A DNA stretch of 64,000 bases from Candidatus Velthaea sp. Its GTDB lineage: Bacteria > Vulcanimicrobiota > Vulcanimicrobiia > Vulcanimicrobiales > Vulcanimicrobiaceae. This document shows positions 32,649-42,225 of the stretch, in pieces (the stretch's first letter is position 1; the number at the start of each line of letters is the position of its first letter). A program made the position numbers and the translations under genes. The stretch lies in the NCBI GenBank assembly GCA_965214935.1, contig CBDCCS010000022.1, positions 640,001-704,000 of the forward strand. Direction: 5' to 3'. The notes under the pieces are model-generated. The model worked only from the letters and a program-made list of their open reading frames with translations. It was not told where the DNA came from and did not search any database.

Positions 32649-33602
32649 ATGCAGCGACAAGCACGTGCGCCACGATTCCCGATCCGGTTACCGGCACTCG
32701 ACCTTGCAACGCTGACGCCGCTCATCGTGCTCGTCGTGGGCGCGATTGCAATATCATTATTTTCGCCGGCCTTTCTGACGGTCGGGAACATCGAGAACGT
32801 CCTTACACAAATCGCCGTGATCGGAATCGTGACGATGGCGCAAACGATGCTGCTCGTCTCGGGCGGGCTCGACCTATCGGTCGGCAGCAACGTGGCGTTA
32901 TCGGGCGTCGTGTGCGGACTGCTCTTTTCGCGCGGCGTGCCGCTCTGGATCGGCTGCGTCGCCGCGCTCGCTTGCGCAACGGCGATCGGCTTGATCAACG
33001 GACTGCTCGTCGCGCAGAATCGAGCGCACCCATTTATAATAACGCTCGGTATGCTCACGTTTCTCAACGGCGTCGCCGCGCAGATCACCGGTGGCAGTCC
33101 GATCAACGATATGGGGGCGCTCGCGACGACGCTCGGCGGAACGCTGTTCGGCATTCCAACGTCGATCTTTATTTTGCTCGGAACGGTAGCGTTCGCGTAC
33201 GTCTTTTTGCGAATGACGCCGCTGGGTCGGGCCGCATATGCGATCGGCGGTAACGAGGAGGCTAGCTTTCTCTCCGGTATCGCCGTCGCGCGCTCGAAGA
33301 TTGCGCTTTACACGCTAGTCGGCTTTATCGTCGGCATTGCAGCACTCGTGCAAAGCGGCATCCTCAATGCAGCCGAAGCTGATATCGGTAACGGTCTAGA
33401 GCTTCGCTCGATTGCCGCGGCGGTAATCGGCGGGACCGCGCTTTTTGGCGGTCAAGGCGGTGCCCTGCGTTCGCTGCAAGGCGTGCTGCTACTCGGACTC
33501 ATCGCGAATGGACTCAATCTCATCGGCGTAGGCGCGAATTACCAGCAGATCGCGCTGGGGCTCATCGTTGTCGTCGCCGTCATGGTTCAGCGCAACCGTT
33601 AA
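32649..33602 (+). CDS. Monosaccharide ABC transporter permease (RbsC-like)
   Basis: GGLDLSVGS, PFI.TLG, GR..YAIGGNEEA, IAA.VIGGT.L.GG.G. Confidence 0.93.
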   Translation: MQRQARAPRFPIRLPALDLATLTPLIVLVVGAIAISLFSPAFLTVGNIENVLTQIAVIGIVTMAQTMLLVSGGLDLSVGSNVALSGVVCGLLFSRGVPLWIGCVAALACATAIGLINGLLVAQNRAHPFIITLGMLTFLNGVAAQITGGSPINDMGALATTLGGTLFGIPTSIFILLGTVAFAYVFLRMTPLGRAAYAIGGNEEASFLSGIAVARSKIALYTLVGFIVGIAALVQSGILNAAEADIGNGLELRSIAAAVIGGTALFGGQGGALRSLQGVLLLGLIANGLNLIGVGANYQQIALGLIVVVAVMVQRNR

Positions 33603-33627
33603 CACTCGATTCATTAGGAGTAAGGCA

Positions 33628-34680
33628 ATGAATAAGGGGATGCTCGTCCGCAGAATTGCAGCTGCAACGTCGCTGCTCGTTCTCTTCGCGCTGGGGGCAC
33701 CTGCCGCGCGTGTAGACGGGGGTGCACCGCTCGCGCAAGCGCAGGAAAAGAAATTAACGATTGCGTTTCTACGGCCCGGACCGGACCCGTACTATCAAGA
33801 TGGAGAGAAAGGCGCGCAAGGCGTTGCACCATTGCTCGATGCCACGGTGCAAACGTACTACTCGAATGTAAGTCAAGCACAGGAGCTTGCAAACGTCGAG
33901 GATGCGATCTCGAAACACGTCGACGGTATTCTCATGTATGCCGTCTCGCTTTCGGCCGAATCCGCCGATATCGCGAAAGCGAACGCAGCGCACATTCCGA
34001 TCTTTCTGCTCTACGGTTACTCGAAGCCGCTCGTACCGAAAGTCGCCGGCTTCGAGCAAGTCGACCTCATGGCATACGGAAAAGTCGTCGGCGCCTGGCT
34101 CGGTAAGAAAGTTACGAGCGGGAAAGGCGCAATCATCACCGGCTTGCTCGGACGCGGGGATGCCGAACAGTACGCTCAAGGCTTCAAAGACGGCGTTGCC
34201 GCATCGGGATCGAAGCTCACGATCGTCGCTCAATTACCCGGTGATTGGAATCGGCAGAAAGCCTATAACGCGGCGCAGGATCTGATCACCGCGCATCCGG
34301 ATCTCAATGCAATGTTCGTGGAAAACGAAGACATGGCGATCGGTGCGATTCGCGCGCTCGACCGCTCCGGTAAGCTCTCCCAAGTGACCGTCGTTTCACA
34401 AAACGGCGCACCGTACGGGCTCGAAGCGATTCAAGGCGGAAAGATCGCGGCGTCCAACACGTGTTCGCCGGCGCTTGAAGCGGTCATGGGTATGCGCATT
34501 CTCGTCGGCGTTATCAAGAAGCAAACGACGCCGGGTCATCTCTATTATTCAATGACGAAATTCGTCACCAAAGCCAACACGGCGCAAGCCAATCCCTGGG
34601 TTCCGAACGATGCCGACGTCAAACGCTTCCTGGGCTTTCCGCTGCTGACACCGGTTGCGCCGAGCCGGTTGCCGACGTAG
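33628..34680 (+). CDS. Sugar ABC transporter substrate-binding protein
   Basis: AGGAG RBS, signal peptide, periplasmic binding protein type 1 features (W....AY, N..MA.GA..AL). Confidence 0.88.
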   Translation: MNKGMLVRRIAAATSLLVLFALGAPAARVDGGAPLAQAQEKKLTIAFLRPGPDPYYQDGEKGAQGVAPLLDATVQTYYSNVSQAQELANVEDAISKHVDGILMYAVSLSAESADIAKANAAHIPIFLLYGYSKPLVPKVAGFEQVDLMAYGKVVGAWLGKKVTSGKGAIITGLLGRGDAEQYAQGFKDGVAASGSKLTIVAQLPGDWNRQKAYNAAQDLITAHPDLNAMFVENEDMAIGAIRALDRSGKLSQVTVVSQNGAPYGLEAIQGGKIAASNTCSPALEAVMGMRILVGVIKKQTTPGHLYYSMTKFVTKANTAQANPWVPNDADVKRFLGFPLLTPVAPSRLPT

Positions 34681-34702
34681 CCGGCAACTCCGGCCTGCGA
34701 CA

Positions 34703-34727
34703 GATGCGCGACAAACGGTCGCGCATC
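34703..34727. terminator. Hairpin between convergent genes
   Basis: GATGCGCGAC-aaacg-GTCGCGCATC, a perfect 10-bp stem. Confidence 0.55.
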
Positions 34728-34767
34728 GTATGCGCATCTGTTATCTCCGTACATTACGCTTAAACAA

Positions 34768-35640
34768 TTACATCGCGCGTTCGTAGAGGTCCGATTCGGC
34801 GAACGCTGTTTTCAGAAACGTCAGACCGTCTTGCGCGAGCGCATTTTGGCTCGCGGCGAGCGGACGCCAAATCGAGACGGCTCGCGCTATTTCACGAATC
34901 TCCGGCGTAAACGACTCGATGACGACCGGTCCCGGATAGTGAATGTCGCGCAGCGCAGCGACGATCTGCGGCCAGGGCAAATGGTCGTGTCCCGGTGTGC
35001 CGCGATCGTTCGCACAGGCATGAAAATGGAACACTTTCCGGCCGGCGCGCCGCAGCGCATCAGGGATACTGGTCTCTTCGATATTCATGTGGAACGTGTC
35101 GAGCAGCAAGCCGACGTTTTCGCGATCGACACGCCCGAGAAAGATCATCGCTTGGTCAACCGTATTGAGGAAATCAGTCTCAAAGCGGTTGAGCGGCTCG
35201 ACGGCGAGCCGAACGCCGCGTGACGCAGCGTAATCGGCGACGATCCGGATGTTCTCGACGGCGAGCAGCGTTTGGCGCTCGCGCTCGTCGGCCGTCTGTA
35301 AGCGCGTCTTTCCCGTCGCCGCGTACATCGGTCCGATGACGGTCGGTGCTGCAAGATCGGCGGCGATGTCGACGCACCGTTTGATGTAAGCAATGCCGTT
35401 GTTACGCGTCGCCGCATCGTCGCAGCTAATGTCGCGATCCGGTCCGAACGCACCGCAGATCGATGCATGCATACCGGTTCGCTCGAGATGAGGACGTAGC
35501 TGTTCGACATCGATGCGGTCCGGATCTTCGACGCAAATCTCGATGATATCGAAGCCCAGCGCTTTGACCCGGTCGATAAGGTCGAGCGTCTGTTCGGAAA
35601 ACGGCGAAACCCAGATAAAGGTGCTTGCGCCATACTGCAT
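34768..35640 (-). CDS. Sugar epimerase, D-psicose/D-tagatose 3-epimerase family
   Basis: EPLNRFET, DTFHMNIEE, H.H...NDRG.PG, IESF; GGAG RBS before MQYGASTF. Confidence 0.9.
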   Translation of the reverse strand: MQYGASTFIWVSPFSEQTLDLIDRVKALGFDIIEICVEDPDRIDVEQLRPHLERTGMHASICGAFGPDRDISCDDAATRNNGIAYIKRCVDIAADLAAPTVIGPMYAATGKTRLQTADERERQTLLAVENIRIVADYAASRGVRLAVEPLNRFETDFLNTVDQAMIFLGRVDRENVGLLLDTFHMNIEETSIPDALRRAGRKVFHFHACANDRGTPGHDHLPWPQIVAALRDIHYPGPVVIESFTPEIREIARAVSIWRPLAASQNALAQDGLTFLKTAFAESDLYERAM

Positions 35641-35882
35641 AGTTAAACTCCAATACCAGAAGAGACGTAAGCGCGCGCCGAAAGCTGTTTTTCTGCGGGT
35701 CACCGCGCGAACTCTTTCGCTCCAAGGTCCAGCGCTCGACCTCACGCTGAAAAGTCGGTTCGCGCCTTGGCGGCATCGCACTCGAAATCATACCGCAATG
35801 ATCGACCTTCTCGGTTAAATTGCGCCGGAGACTCGGTGCGTGGAGACCGTCTCTGATCGCGTGCAGGCGACTGTTGGTCTTT

Positions 35883-36037
35883 GAGCGGGGCCGTCTAGAC
35901 GGTCTTGCCGTTCACCGTCGGGCGCAGTCTTACCATGTGTGCAAGATCGCCGGCTCGGCGGCGCTAAGCGGAGCGGGAAGCCTTGCACCGCGTGCTACCG
36001 TCGGGGGACGGTGAACGGCGAAACCCGGATGGCGCTC
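35883..36037 (+). ncRNA. Candidate structured RNA, 6S RNA-like rod with a central bubble
   Basis: 13-bp perfect stem 35907-35919/36007-36019, inner stem CATGTGTGCAAG/CTTGCAC(C)GCGTG, outer GAGCG/CGCTC and CCGTCT/GGATGG. G-U pairs favour the + strand. Confidence 0.45.
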
Positions 36038-36343
36038 CTGGGCGATCGGCGCCGGAACGCGACTTCAATAAGCCGAGGGGTAGGCTCGGGCTGGCATTTT
36101 CTGTGTTCATCTTGGCGCGCTGAGCCGTGGTAAAACAGTCGTGCTAAACTGTTACGAAATATGAAGTGCCTAGCACAAAAACGCAAACTGTAACCGCGCC
36201 TTCCCGGCGGTAATTGAATCGCCGGAGACTTTATCGGCTCTATCCGATCGTTTGCTCGACGTTTATAAGCGCCGGCGCCTTTTGACCCTGTGACGAGTCG
36301 ACGCTGCGCAGCTGCGGCGCGACTTCTCTACATTGCGGGGCGC

Positions 36344-37312
36344 TCATTGCTGTGCCGCCGAGTCGCGGCCGTCGTTAACCGTTGCAACCGTGTCGACCAA
36401 CATGGTTATCCTCACGTGCTGCCCGGTTCGCCGTTGGACGAAGCGCTCCAAATCGCGAATTTGAGAGACGGTCACTGGCTTCTCGGCGCTAACCGTCAAG
36501 TGAACGTCCAACGGTTTTTGATACCAGTCGAATCGTGCGTCGGTGAGTCTCACGCGTTGGAACGTCAATGTATTGGTGGTCAGTTCGTGGCGAATTTCGG
36601 CTTCGATTCTCGCCTCGCGCACGATCTCTAAAGAACTCGCACCAAGTGGGAACAGCAGCATGGCCGTGATGGCAAACGTCGTCACCAGTGCCGTGCGGTT
36701 GTGCGAGCGAAACTCTTGCGCGACGATATACACGATCATACACGCAGCGGCGATGCCGAGGAAGTTCGTTATGAACAAGAGCAACGCGCCTTGTGCCGCG
36801 GACCATGCCAGATGGGCCGACGACAAGCCGACGACGCATAGGGGCGGCATTAACGCAACGGCGATTGCCGTTCCCGCGATCGTACTCGAAATCGCGGGCC
36901 GGACGCGCGCGATTCCCGCAACTGCGCCCGCGCTAACCGCGATCCCCAAATCGAGCAAGTTCGGGCGCGTACGAGCGACGACTTCCGAACCGTAGACCGG
37001 AGTTGCGGCAACGACGCCAAGCGCCGCCGATGTTCCGATTGCGATCACCGCACCTACGAGGGCCGTGAGCAACGAGCGGCGGATCATCGGTACGTTTCCG
37101 TCAAGCGCGGCAAAGGCAAAGGCTTGAATCGGACTCATCAGCGGTGCGATGATCATGGCTCCGATAATAACCGCAACGCTATTCTCAAGAAGTCCGAGCG
37201 TGGCGATGATACATGAGGCAACCGTAAGCAACAAATAATTGCGCGACAAATGTGATTCGTCGCGGGCGGCCCGGCGCAGCACGTCGCTGCGGCTCGCTCG
37301 TTTATCCAACAA
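36344..37312 (-). CDS. DUF389 membrane protein
   Basis: IATLGLL.NS.AVIIGAMIIAPLM.PI, ART.P...DL.IA, G.AIAVALMPPL. Confidence 0.92.
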   Translation of the reverse strand: MLDKRASRSDVLRRAARDESHLSRNYLLLTVASCIIATLGLLENSVAVIIGAMIIAPLMSPIQAFAFAALDGNVPMIRRSLLTALVGAVIAIGTSAALGVVAATPVYGSEVVARTRPNLLDLGIAVSAGAVAGIARVRPAISSTIAGTAIAVALMPPLCVVGLSSAHLAWSAAQGALLLFITNFLGIAAACMIVYIVAQEFRSHNRTALVTTFAITAMLLFPLGASSLEIVREARIEAEIRHELTTNTLTFQRVRLTDARFDWYQKPLDVHLTVSAEKPVTVSQIRDLERFVQRRTGQHVRITMLVDTVATVNDGRDSAAQQ

Positions 37313-37535
37313 TGCTCACTTAGCTAGGCATGAAAACATGCCTCGCTTCAGGCTGTGTGCAGCTACCGGAGGAAACCCCGTGCGGCGGCCCAAGTCCAAA
37401 CACCGGTGCGTTTACGATTGCTACGAGTGCTAACGGCTTTCGCTGCAGCCGGCATCACGACTAAAGGCTGGACTCGCGATCGACCAACTGTACGCACAAT
37501 CCGAAATCGTCGTCGCCTTACTCGCTGCAGCGCTG

Positions 37536-38651
37536 GTGGTCGGCCGGATCGCGGCTTGGCTACGCATACCATACGCGGTCGCGCTGTTGGTAGCTTCGCT
37601 ACCGCTCAGTTTGTCAGCCGCGTCCGCGTTCGCCCCGTCCGTCCTGGCCATCTTTTTGCCGGCTTTGGTATTTGAGGCATCCTGGCAGCTCGATATGACC
37701 TTGATCCGGCGTTATTGGAAGCCGATTGCCTTTCTGGCGGTTCCCGGAGTTGCAATCACGGCGTTCGCGGTCGCCATTGGCCTCTGGTGCGCGCACGTCA
37801 TGCCGTTTCTCGAGGCGCTGCTGCTCGGCGCAATTGTGTCTGCCACCGATCCGATCGCGGTGAGCGCGGCATTCAAGGAACTCTCGGCTCCGGCGGAGCT
37901 CGCGATCATCGTTGAAGGCGAGTCGCTCTGCAACGATGGTATCGCAGCTGCGCTCTACAGTGCCATCGTTGCCATCATCGCAAACACCAGCGACAGTCTG
38001 GCGGTCATTTCGCTTCGGTCCGCCGCAGGCTCGATCGTCGGTGTTCTTCTCGGCCTAGTTGCCGCAACGCTGGTCGCATTCGGAATGCGGGGCGGCACGA
38101 GCACGTATTTACAAATTACGGCAACGATTGTCGCCACGTATGCGGTCTATTTGCTCGCCGACCGGTTTCATGCGTCGGGCATCTTCGCCGTGCTTGTCGT
38201 CGGCATTGCTCTGCGCGCGTATCGCGGTTTCCCCACAATCGAGGCAATCCAAGAAATAGACCGGTTCTGGGCGGTGCTCGCATTTCTCTCGAATTCACTT
38301 GTGTTCTTGCTCTTAGGTTTGCGCATAAACTTCGCGCGAATTCTCGACGAGCCGCTTTTAGTTGCATTGACGCTCGTGCTCGTTCTCGGATCGCGCTTTC
38401 TGCTCACCTACGTCGGGCTGCACATTCTGGGAATTAACGACCGCAATTGGAAGCGGATTGTCATGCTTGCCGGAATGCGTGGCGCGCTGTCCGTAGCGCT
38501 CGCCCTGGTGCTGCCGGTGACGATCCCTTTTCGAGCCGAAATCATCGATGTAGTCTTCGGCGTCGTTGCCGTAACACTCATCATTCAGGGTCTCGCCATC
38601 GGACCGGTCCTGCGCCGTTTGCTACCTGCTCAAGCCCTAACGTCATCGTAG
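37536..38651 (+). CDS. CPA1 cation:proton antiporter (NhaP/NhaG-like); true start possibly ~50 nt upstream
   Basis: FLP.L.FEA, SATDPIAV, EGESL.NDG, GMRGA+S.ALAL. The frame is open upstream from 37434 with a hydrophobic segment but no canonical start. Confidence 0.88.
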   Translation: MVGRIAAWLRIPYAVALLVASLPLSLSAASAFAPSVLAIFLPALVFEASWQLDMTLIRRYWKPIAFLAVPGVAITAFAVAIGLWCAHVMPFLEALLLGAIVSATDPIAVSAAFKELSAPAELAIIVEGESLCNDGIAAALYSAIVAIIANTSDSLAVISLRSAAGSIVGVLLGLVAATLVAFGMRGGTSTYLQITATIVATYAVYLLADRFHASGIFAVLVVGIALRAYRGFPTIEAIQEIDRFWAVLAFLSNSLVFLLLGLRINFARILDEPLLVALTLVLVLGSRFLLTYVGLHILGINDRNWKRIVMLAGMRGALSVALALVLPVTIPFRAEIIDVVFGVVAVTLIIQGLAIGPVLRRLLPAQALTSS

Positions 38652-38769
38652 AGCGCAGGCCCTCGGTGGCAGCATGCGGCCAGAAGGCTGCACGACGCCC
38701 GCAGAAAAATGAACGCGCTTCACCGCGCACCCTCGGCTCGACTTTACGTTTCGTGCGCTCGAAGTGCGA

Positions 38770-39236
38770 CCCTAAGGTTGATTCGGGCTTTCGCACTGTC
38801 TGGCTCAACGCCGGGCGTTTGCAAGCGCGTCTTCGCGCTTGCCGCGTGAATTCGTCCGATGACGTTCGGCGCCGCTAGGTCGGCGGCGATGGCGACAACC
38901 GTTTGAGGTACGCGCTACCATTGTCACGCGTCGCCGCCTTGGCGCAACGCTTCTCGCGCTCCGGTCCGAACGTCCGGCAAATCGAGGCGCGCATGACCGT
39001 CCGTTCGACTTGCGGGCAAATCTGCTCAGCATCAATGCGCTTCGGATCTTCGACGCTCATTCGAAGAATATCGATACCAGCGTGCTGACACGGTCGATAA
39101 GGCCGAGCATGTCCGGGATAATGGCGTCGCCATACATACTGCGTCGGCAAAACGAGAATTTGCAATGTAATGACGCGACGAGAGGGGACATCAACGTCGA
39201 TCTTGGCATTGCAAAGGTGCTTGCGCCATACCGCAT
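38770..39236 (-). pseudogene. Decayed 5' copy of the epimerase gene at 34768-35640
   Basis: Across three frames: MRYGASTF, LGLIDRV, VEDPKRIDAEQ...MRASICRTFGP, AATRDNGSAYLKR and IAADLAAPNVIG...KTRLQT, each matching the intact epimerase N-terminus. Confidence 0.8.
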
Positions 39237-39433
39237 GTTAAACGCGTATCCCAAAGACTCAAGCGCATGGGTCACCGAGCAAACATCGCTGCGGTCAATC
39301 TCCAAGCATGCGCGCGTGCAACCGCATACAACCTCCCGAGCAGCGACGTAAACGCGGAAACTTGCCGAGTGCAGCGAATCCAATGTGACATAAACGCTCT
39401 TCGCACCGTCATCTTGCTAATTCGAGGCTGACC

Positions 39434-40066
39434 TTGAACCAGCCACAACCTGAGAGTATCACCCTCGCTGCCTTCCTTGCCTGGGAGCAGCAGCAGACCG
39501 AGCGCTATGAATGGATCGACGGCACCGTTGTTCGGTGTGCCGGAGGCAGCGACGAACATGCCGCGATCATCTGCAATCTGAACGCTGCGATTCATGCCGC
39601 TGCCGGCATCGGACCCTGCTTTGTCCGCGGATCGGACCGGAAACTCGTGCCGCGCGACGCGCAAGGCAACGATCTCGGCTCGTTCTACGCCGATCTGTTT
39701 GTATCGTGCGCGCCCGAAGACCGGCGCGGAAACGCAGCGCATCTACCGACCATCGTTTTTGAGGTCTTGTCATTGCACGTCGGGACGGAGTTTACAAGCA
39801 AAAAAGAAGCGTATCTTCGGTCGGCGCGCCTCTCGGACTACTACATCGTCGACTCGACGCGGCGATACGTCGCCCGGTATTCGTGGTCGTCAACCGGCGA
39901 CGATCGTGCCCGCTTGATGAGTGCGGAATACCGGCACGGACCCGTTCCGATTCCGGCGCTCGGCTGCTTAATCTCGTTCGATCAAATGTTTGCCGGAACG
40001 AACGTGCGGCCAATTATCTACCCGATCCGGAGCGACGATCGCGACGTTGAAGTGAGCCTCGACTAA
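39434..40066 (+). CDS. Uma2/DUF820 family putative endonuclease
   Basis: FLAWE..Q..RYE.IDG, GGS..H..I..N, Y.D..V.C, P....EVLS, K..AY. Confidence 0.85.
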   Translation: MNQPQPESITLAAFLAWEQQQTERYEWIDGTVVRCAGGSDEHAAIICNLNAAIHAAAGIGPCFVRGSDRKLVPRDAQGNDLGSFYADLFVSCAPEDRRGNAAHLPTIVFEVLSLHVGTEFTSKKEAYLRSARLSDYYIVDSTRRYVARYSWSSTGDDRARLMSAEYRHGPVPIPALGCLISFDQMFAGTNVRPIIYPIRSDDRDVEVSLD

Positions 40067-40120
40067 CGCACGACCTGCGGGCTGCTGCCAAAACGAACGG
40101 CATCAGCTTCGACGGCGCGC

Positions 40121-40486
40121 TTAGACATCGCTTTTACGGCATATCCGGCAGCGAACGTTAGCCGCACGCGCGCGTGGTATGAAGAGAAGCTCGGCTTACG
40201 ATTTACCGGGCCGTATGTCGAAGACGGCATTGAAAAGTATACCGAAGCTCAGATCGGCACCGGGTGCTTTGGCCTCATGGCGGCAGAGTGGACGCACCGG
40301 CCGCCCGGCTCCGCAGCGAGTGTCTTTTTTCGTGTCGATGACCTCGACGAAATGATTGCGTCGCCGCAAGCGAAAGGCGTGACGATCGACGAACGCTTCG
40401 ACGGCCCGATTTGCAAACAGGCATCGTTCAGCGACCCCGAGGGCAACCGCGTAACGCATCATGAGTCGACCGCGCAACCGTCGTAA
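40121..40486 (+). pseudogene. VOC/glyoxalase family protein lacking a canonical start codon
   Basis: The frame reads LDIAFTAYPAANVSRTRAWYEEKLGL...F.VDD.D...F.DPEGN, with no ATG/GTG/TTG between the upstream stop (40064) and the domain start. Confidence 0.7.
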
Positions 40487-40497
40487 CGGAACTGCTC

Positions 40498-42135
40498 CTA
40501 TTCGTCTGCACGATCGTCGGTCGCGATGCGATTTCGACCCGCGCGCTTTGCAAGATACAAGCGACGATCCGCAGCCGCCAACGTATTTGCGGAACCTTCG
40601 CTCGATGAAGCCGAACAGCCGACGCTTACCGACACGCTTAGGCGTTCCGCTACGCTCGTCCAAGCGAACGATTCGACCTCCGCTCGTACGCGCTCGGCGA
40701 GAACCGCCGCACTTCGTTCTTCATCATGTTGAACGAGAATGGCAAACTCGTCGCCGCCATAGCGAACCGGCACGTCCGAACTTCGGCAACACCGACGGAT
40801 GATCAGCGCGAGCGTCTGTAGCACCGCGTCACCGACGACATGCGACCATCCGTCATTGATGGCTTTGAAGTGATCGACGTCGATCATGACGATACCGAAT
40901 CCGGACGGATCGCGTTCGTTGAGCTCGTCCATCAGTCGTCGGTTCGCAAGGCCGGTGAGCGGGTCGGAATGACTGAGTCGCAGGAGGTCATCCGCGCGGC
41001 GATTCAACTGTTCGTTGGAGATCTGCAGACCTGCGGCGATGGCGCGATGTTCCGCCAGACTCACGAGCGTTTCGCGCGTCTCGAGCTGCACGGCGGCGAC
41101 GCTCGCACTGCGCTGCGCCGCTTCCGAGGCGACGCGCTTGTAGAGTGCATGCAGCGCTTTATGATGGGCGAGCGCCGCTACGAGATCGCCGTTACGTTCG
41201 CAAGCGTCGGCAAGGTGTTCGCAGGCGGCGAGTGCGAGAATCGATCCGGTCGCAACGTGCAGCGCGCGACCGAAAAGCTCGACGGCTTCCGCCGTTCGTC
41301 CGAGCGCCATGCAAATGGTTCCTTCGGTATCAAGACGGTGCGACGCGAGCGTATCGGAGTCCGTCGACGCAGGGGGCCAGTATTGCATGAGCGCCAGCGC
41401 TTCATGCGGCCGGCCGCTTTGCACGAGTCCTTCGGCCGCATTCGCCAAAGCGGTTGCTTCGTAAAAGCGGTGACCGCCCGATCGCGCAAGCAATATGGCT
41501 TTACGTGAATTCTCGATCGACCGCTCGACGAGGCCGGCGGCTCGCTCGTGGTCGCCCGCTGCCGACGCTTGATAGGCCAGCGTGCCGTACGCGCAACCCA
41601 TGCAGTCTAAAAATACGCCTTCGAAGATAACGTCGCCCAAGAGCCGTGCACTCTCCGCGCCGCGCTCGCAAAATGAGATCGCCTTATCATAGTGTTCGAG
41701 GCTGACAAAAACATACGCCAGAGCCCGCAAGCACTCCACGAGGACCGGTAGCTGCGCGTCCGGTTCGCCGATTTGTTGCGCTTGCTCCATGGCGCCCAGC
41801 GCCACCGCTAACGCTTCGGATGTGTTGCCGACGGCGAGAAAAAGGCGTGCAACCTGACTTCGCAGGCCGACCTCGGCCGCTACATCCCCGAGCTCGCGAG
41901 CGGCGGCGATCGCTTCTTTTGCGCAGCGAACGGCGTCGTCATAACGCGATTCAAATTGATGTAACGTGACGCTGAGCGCAAGAATGCGTGCACGCTCGGC
42001 CTGATGAGTTCCGGCAAAAATCATCGCCAGCGAAAGGACTTGTCCGACGGCTTCGGTTTCGCCGCGCCGAAGCAGCAGCGCCGCGCGTTCGATAAGCGGT
42101 GCAGCTCGCTCGACTGCGGAGGTCTGCTCGGTCAT
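40498..42135 (-). CDS. TPR-repeat diguanylate cyclase
   Basis: Helical repeats, then DPLTGLANRR, DVDHFK.IND, RSSD I-site and GGDEF. Confidence 0.92.
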   Translation of the reverse strand: MTEQTSAVERAAPLIERAALLLRRGETEAVGQVLSLAMIFAGTHQAERARILALSVTLHQFESRYDDAVRCAKEAIAAARELGDVAAEVGLRSQVARLFLAVGNTSEALAVALGAMEQAQQIGEPDAQLPVLVECLRALAYVFVSLEHYDKAISFCERGAESARLLGDVIFEGVFLDCMGCAYGTLAYQASAAGDHERAAGLVERSIENSRKAILLARSGGHRFYEATALANAAEGLVQSGRPHEALALMQYWPPASTDSDTLASHRLDTEGTICMALGRTAEAVELFGRALHVATGSILALAACEHLADACERNGDLVAALAHHKALHALYKRVASEAAQRSASVAAVQLETRETLVSLAEHRAIAAGLQISNEQLNRRADDLLRLSHSDPLTGLANRRLMDELNERDPSGFGIVMIDVDHFKAINDGWSHVVGDAVLQTLALIIRRCCRSSDVPVRYGGDEFAILVQHDEERSAAVLAERVRAEVESFAWTSVAERLSVSVSVGCSASSSEGSANTLAAADRRLYLAKRAGRNRIATDDRADE

Positions 42136-42225
42136 CGCACCCGCCGCAGGCCGATCGAGCCGCCTGACGACGGTCGCACACTTGCATTATCGTCACGGGC
42201 AAGCGGCGGGATAACGTGCAGCTCG

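Noticed and set aside
35883..36037. Cobalamin riboswitch, SRP RNA or tRNA identity for the hairpin region
   Set aside because: No B12 box, SRP domain IV loop or cloverleaf/T-arm motif found by eye.
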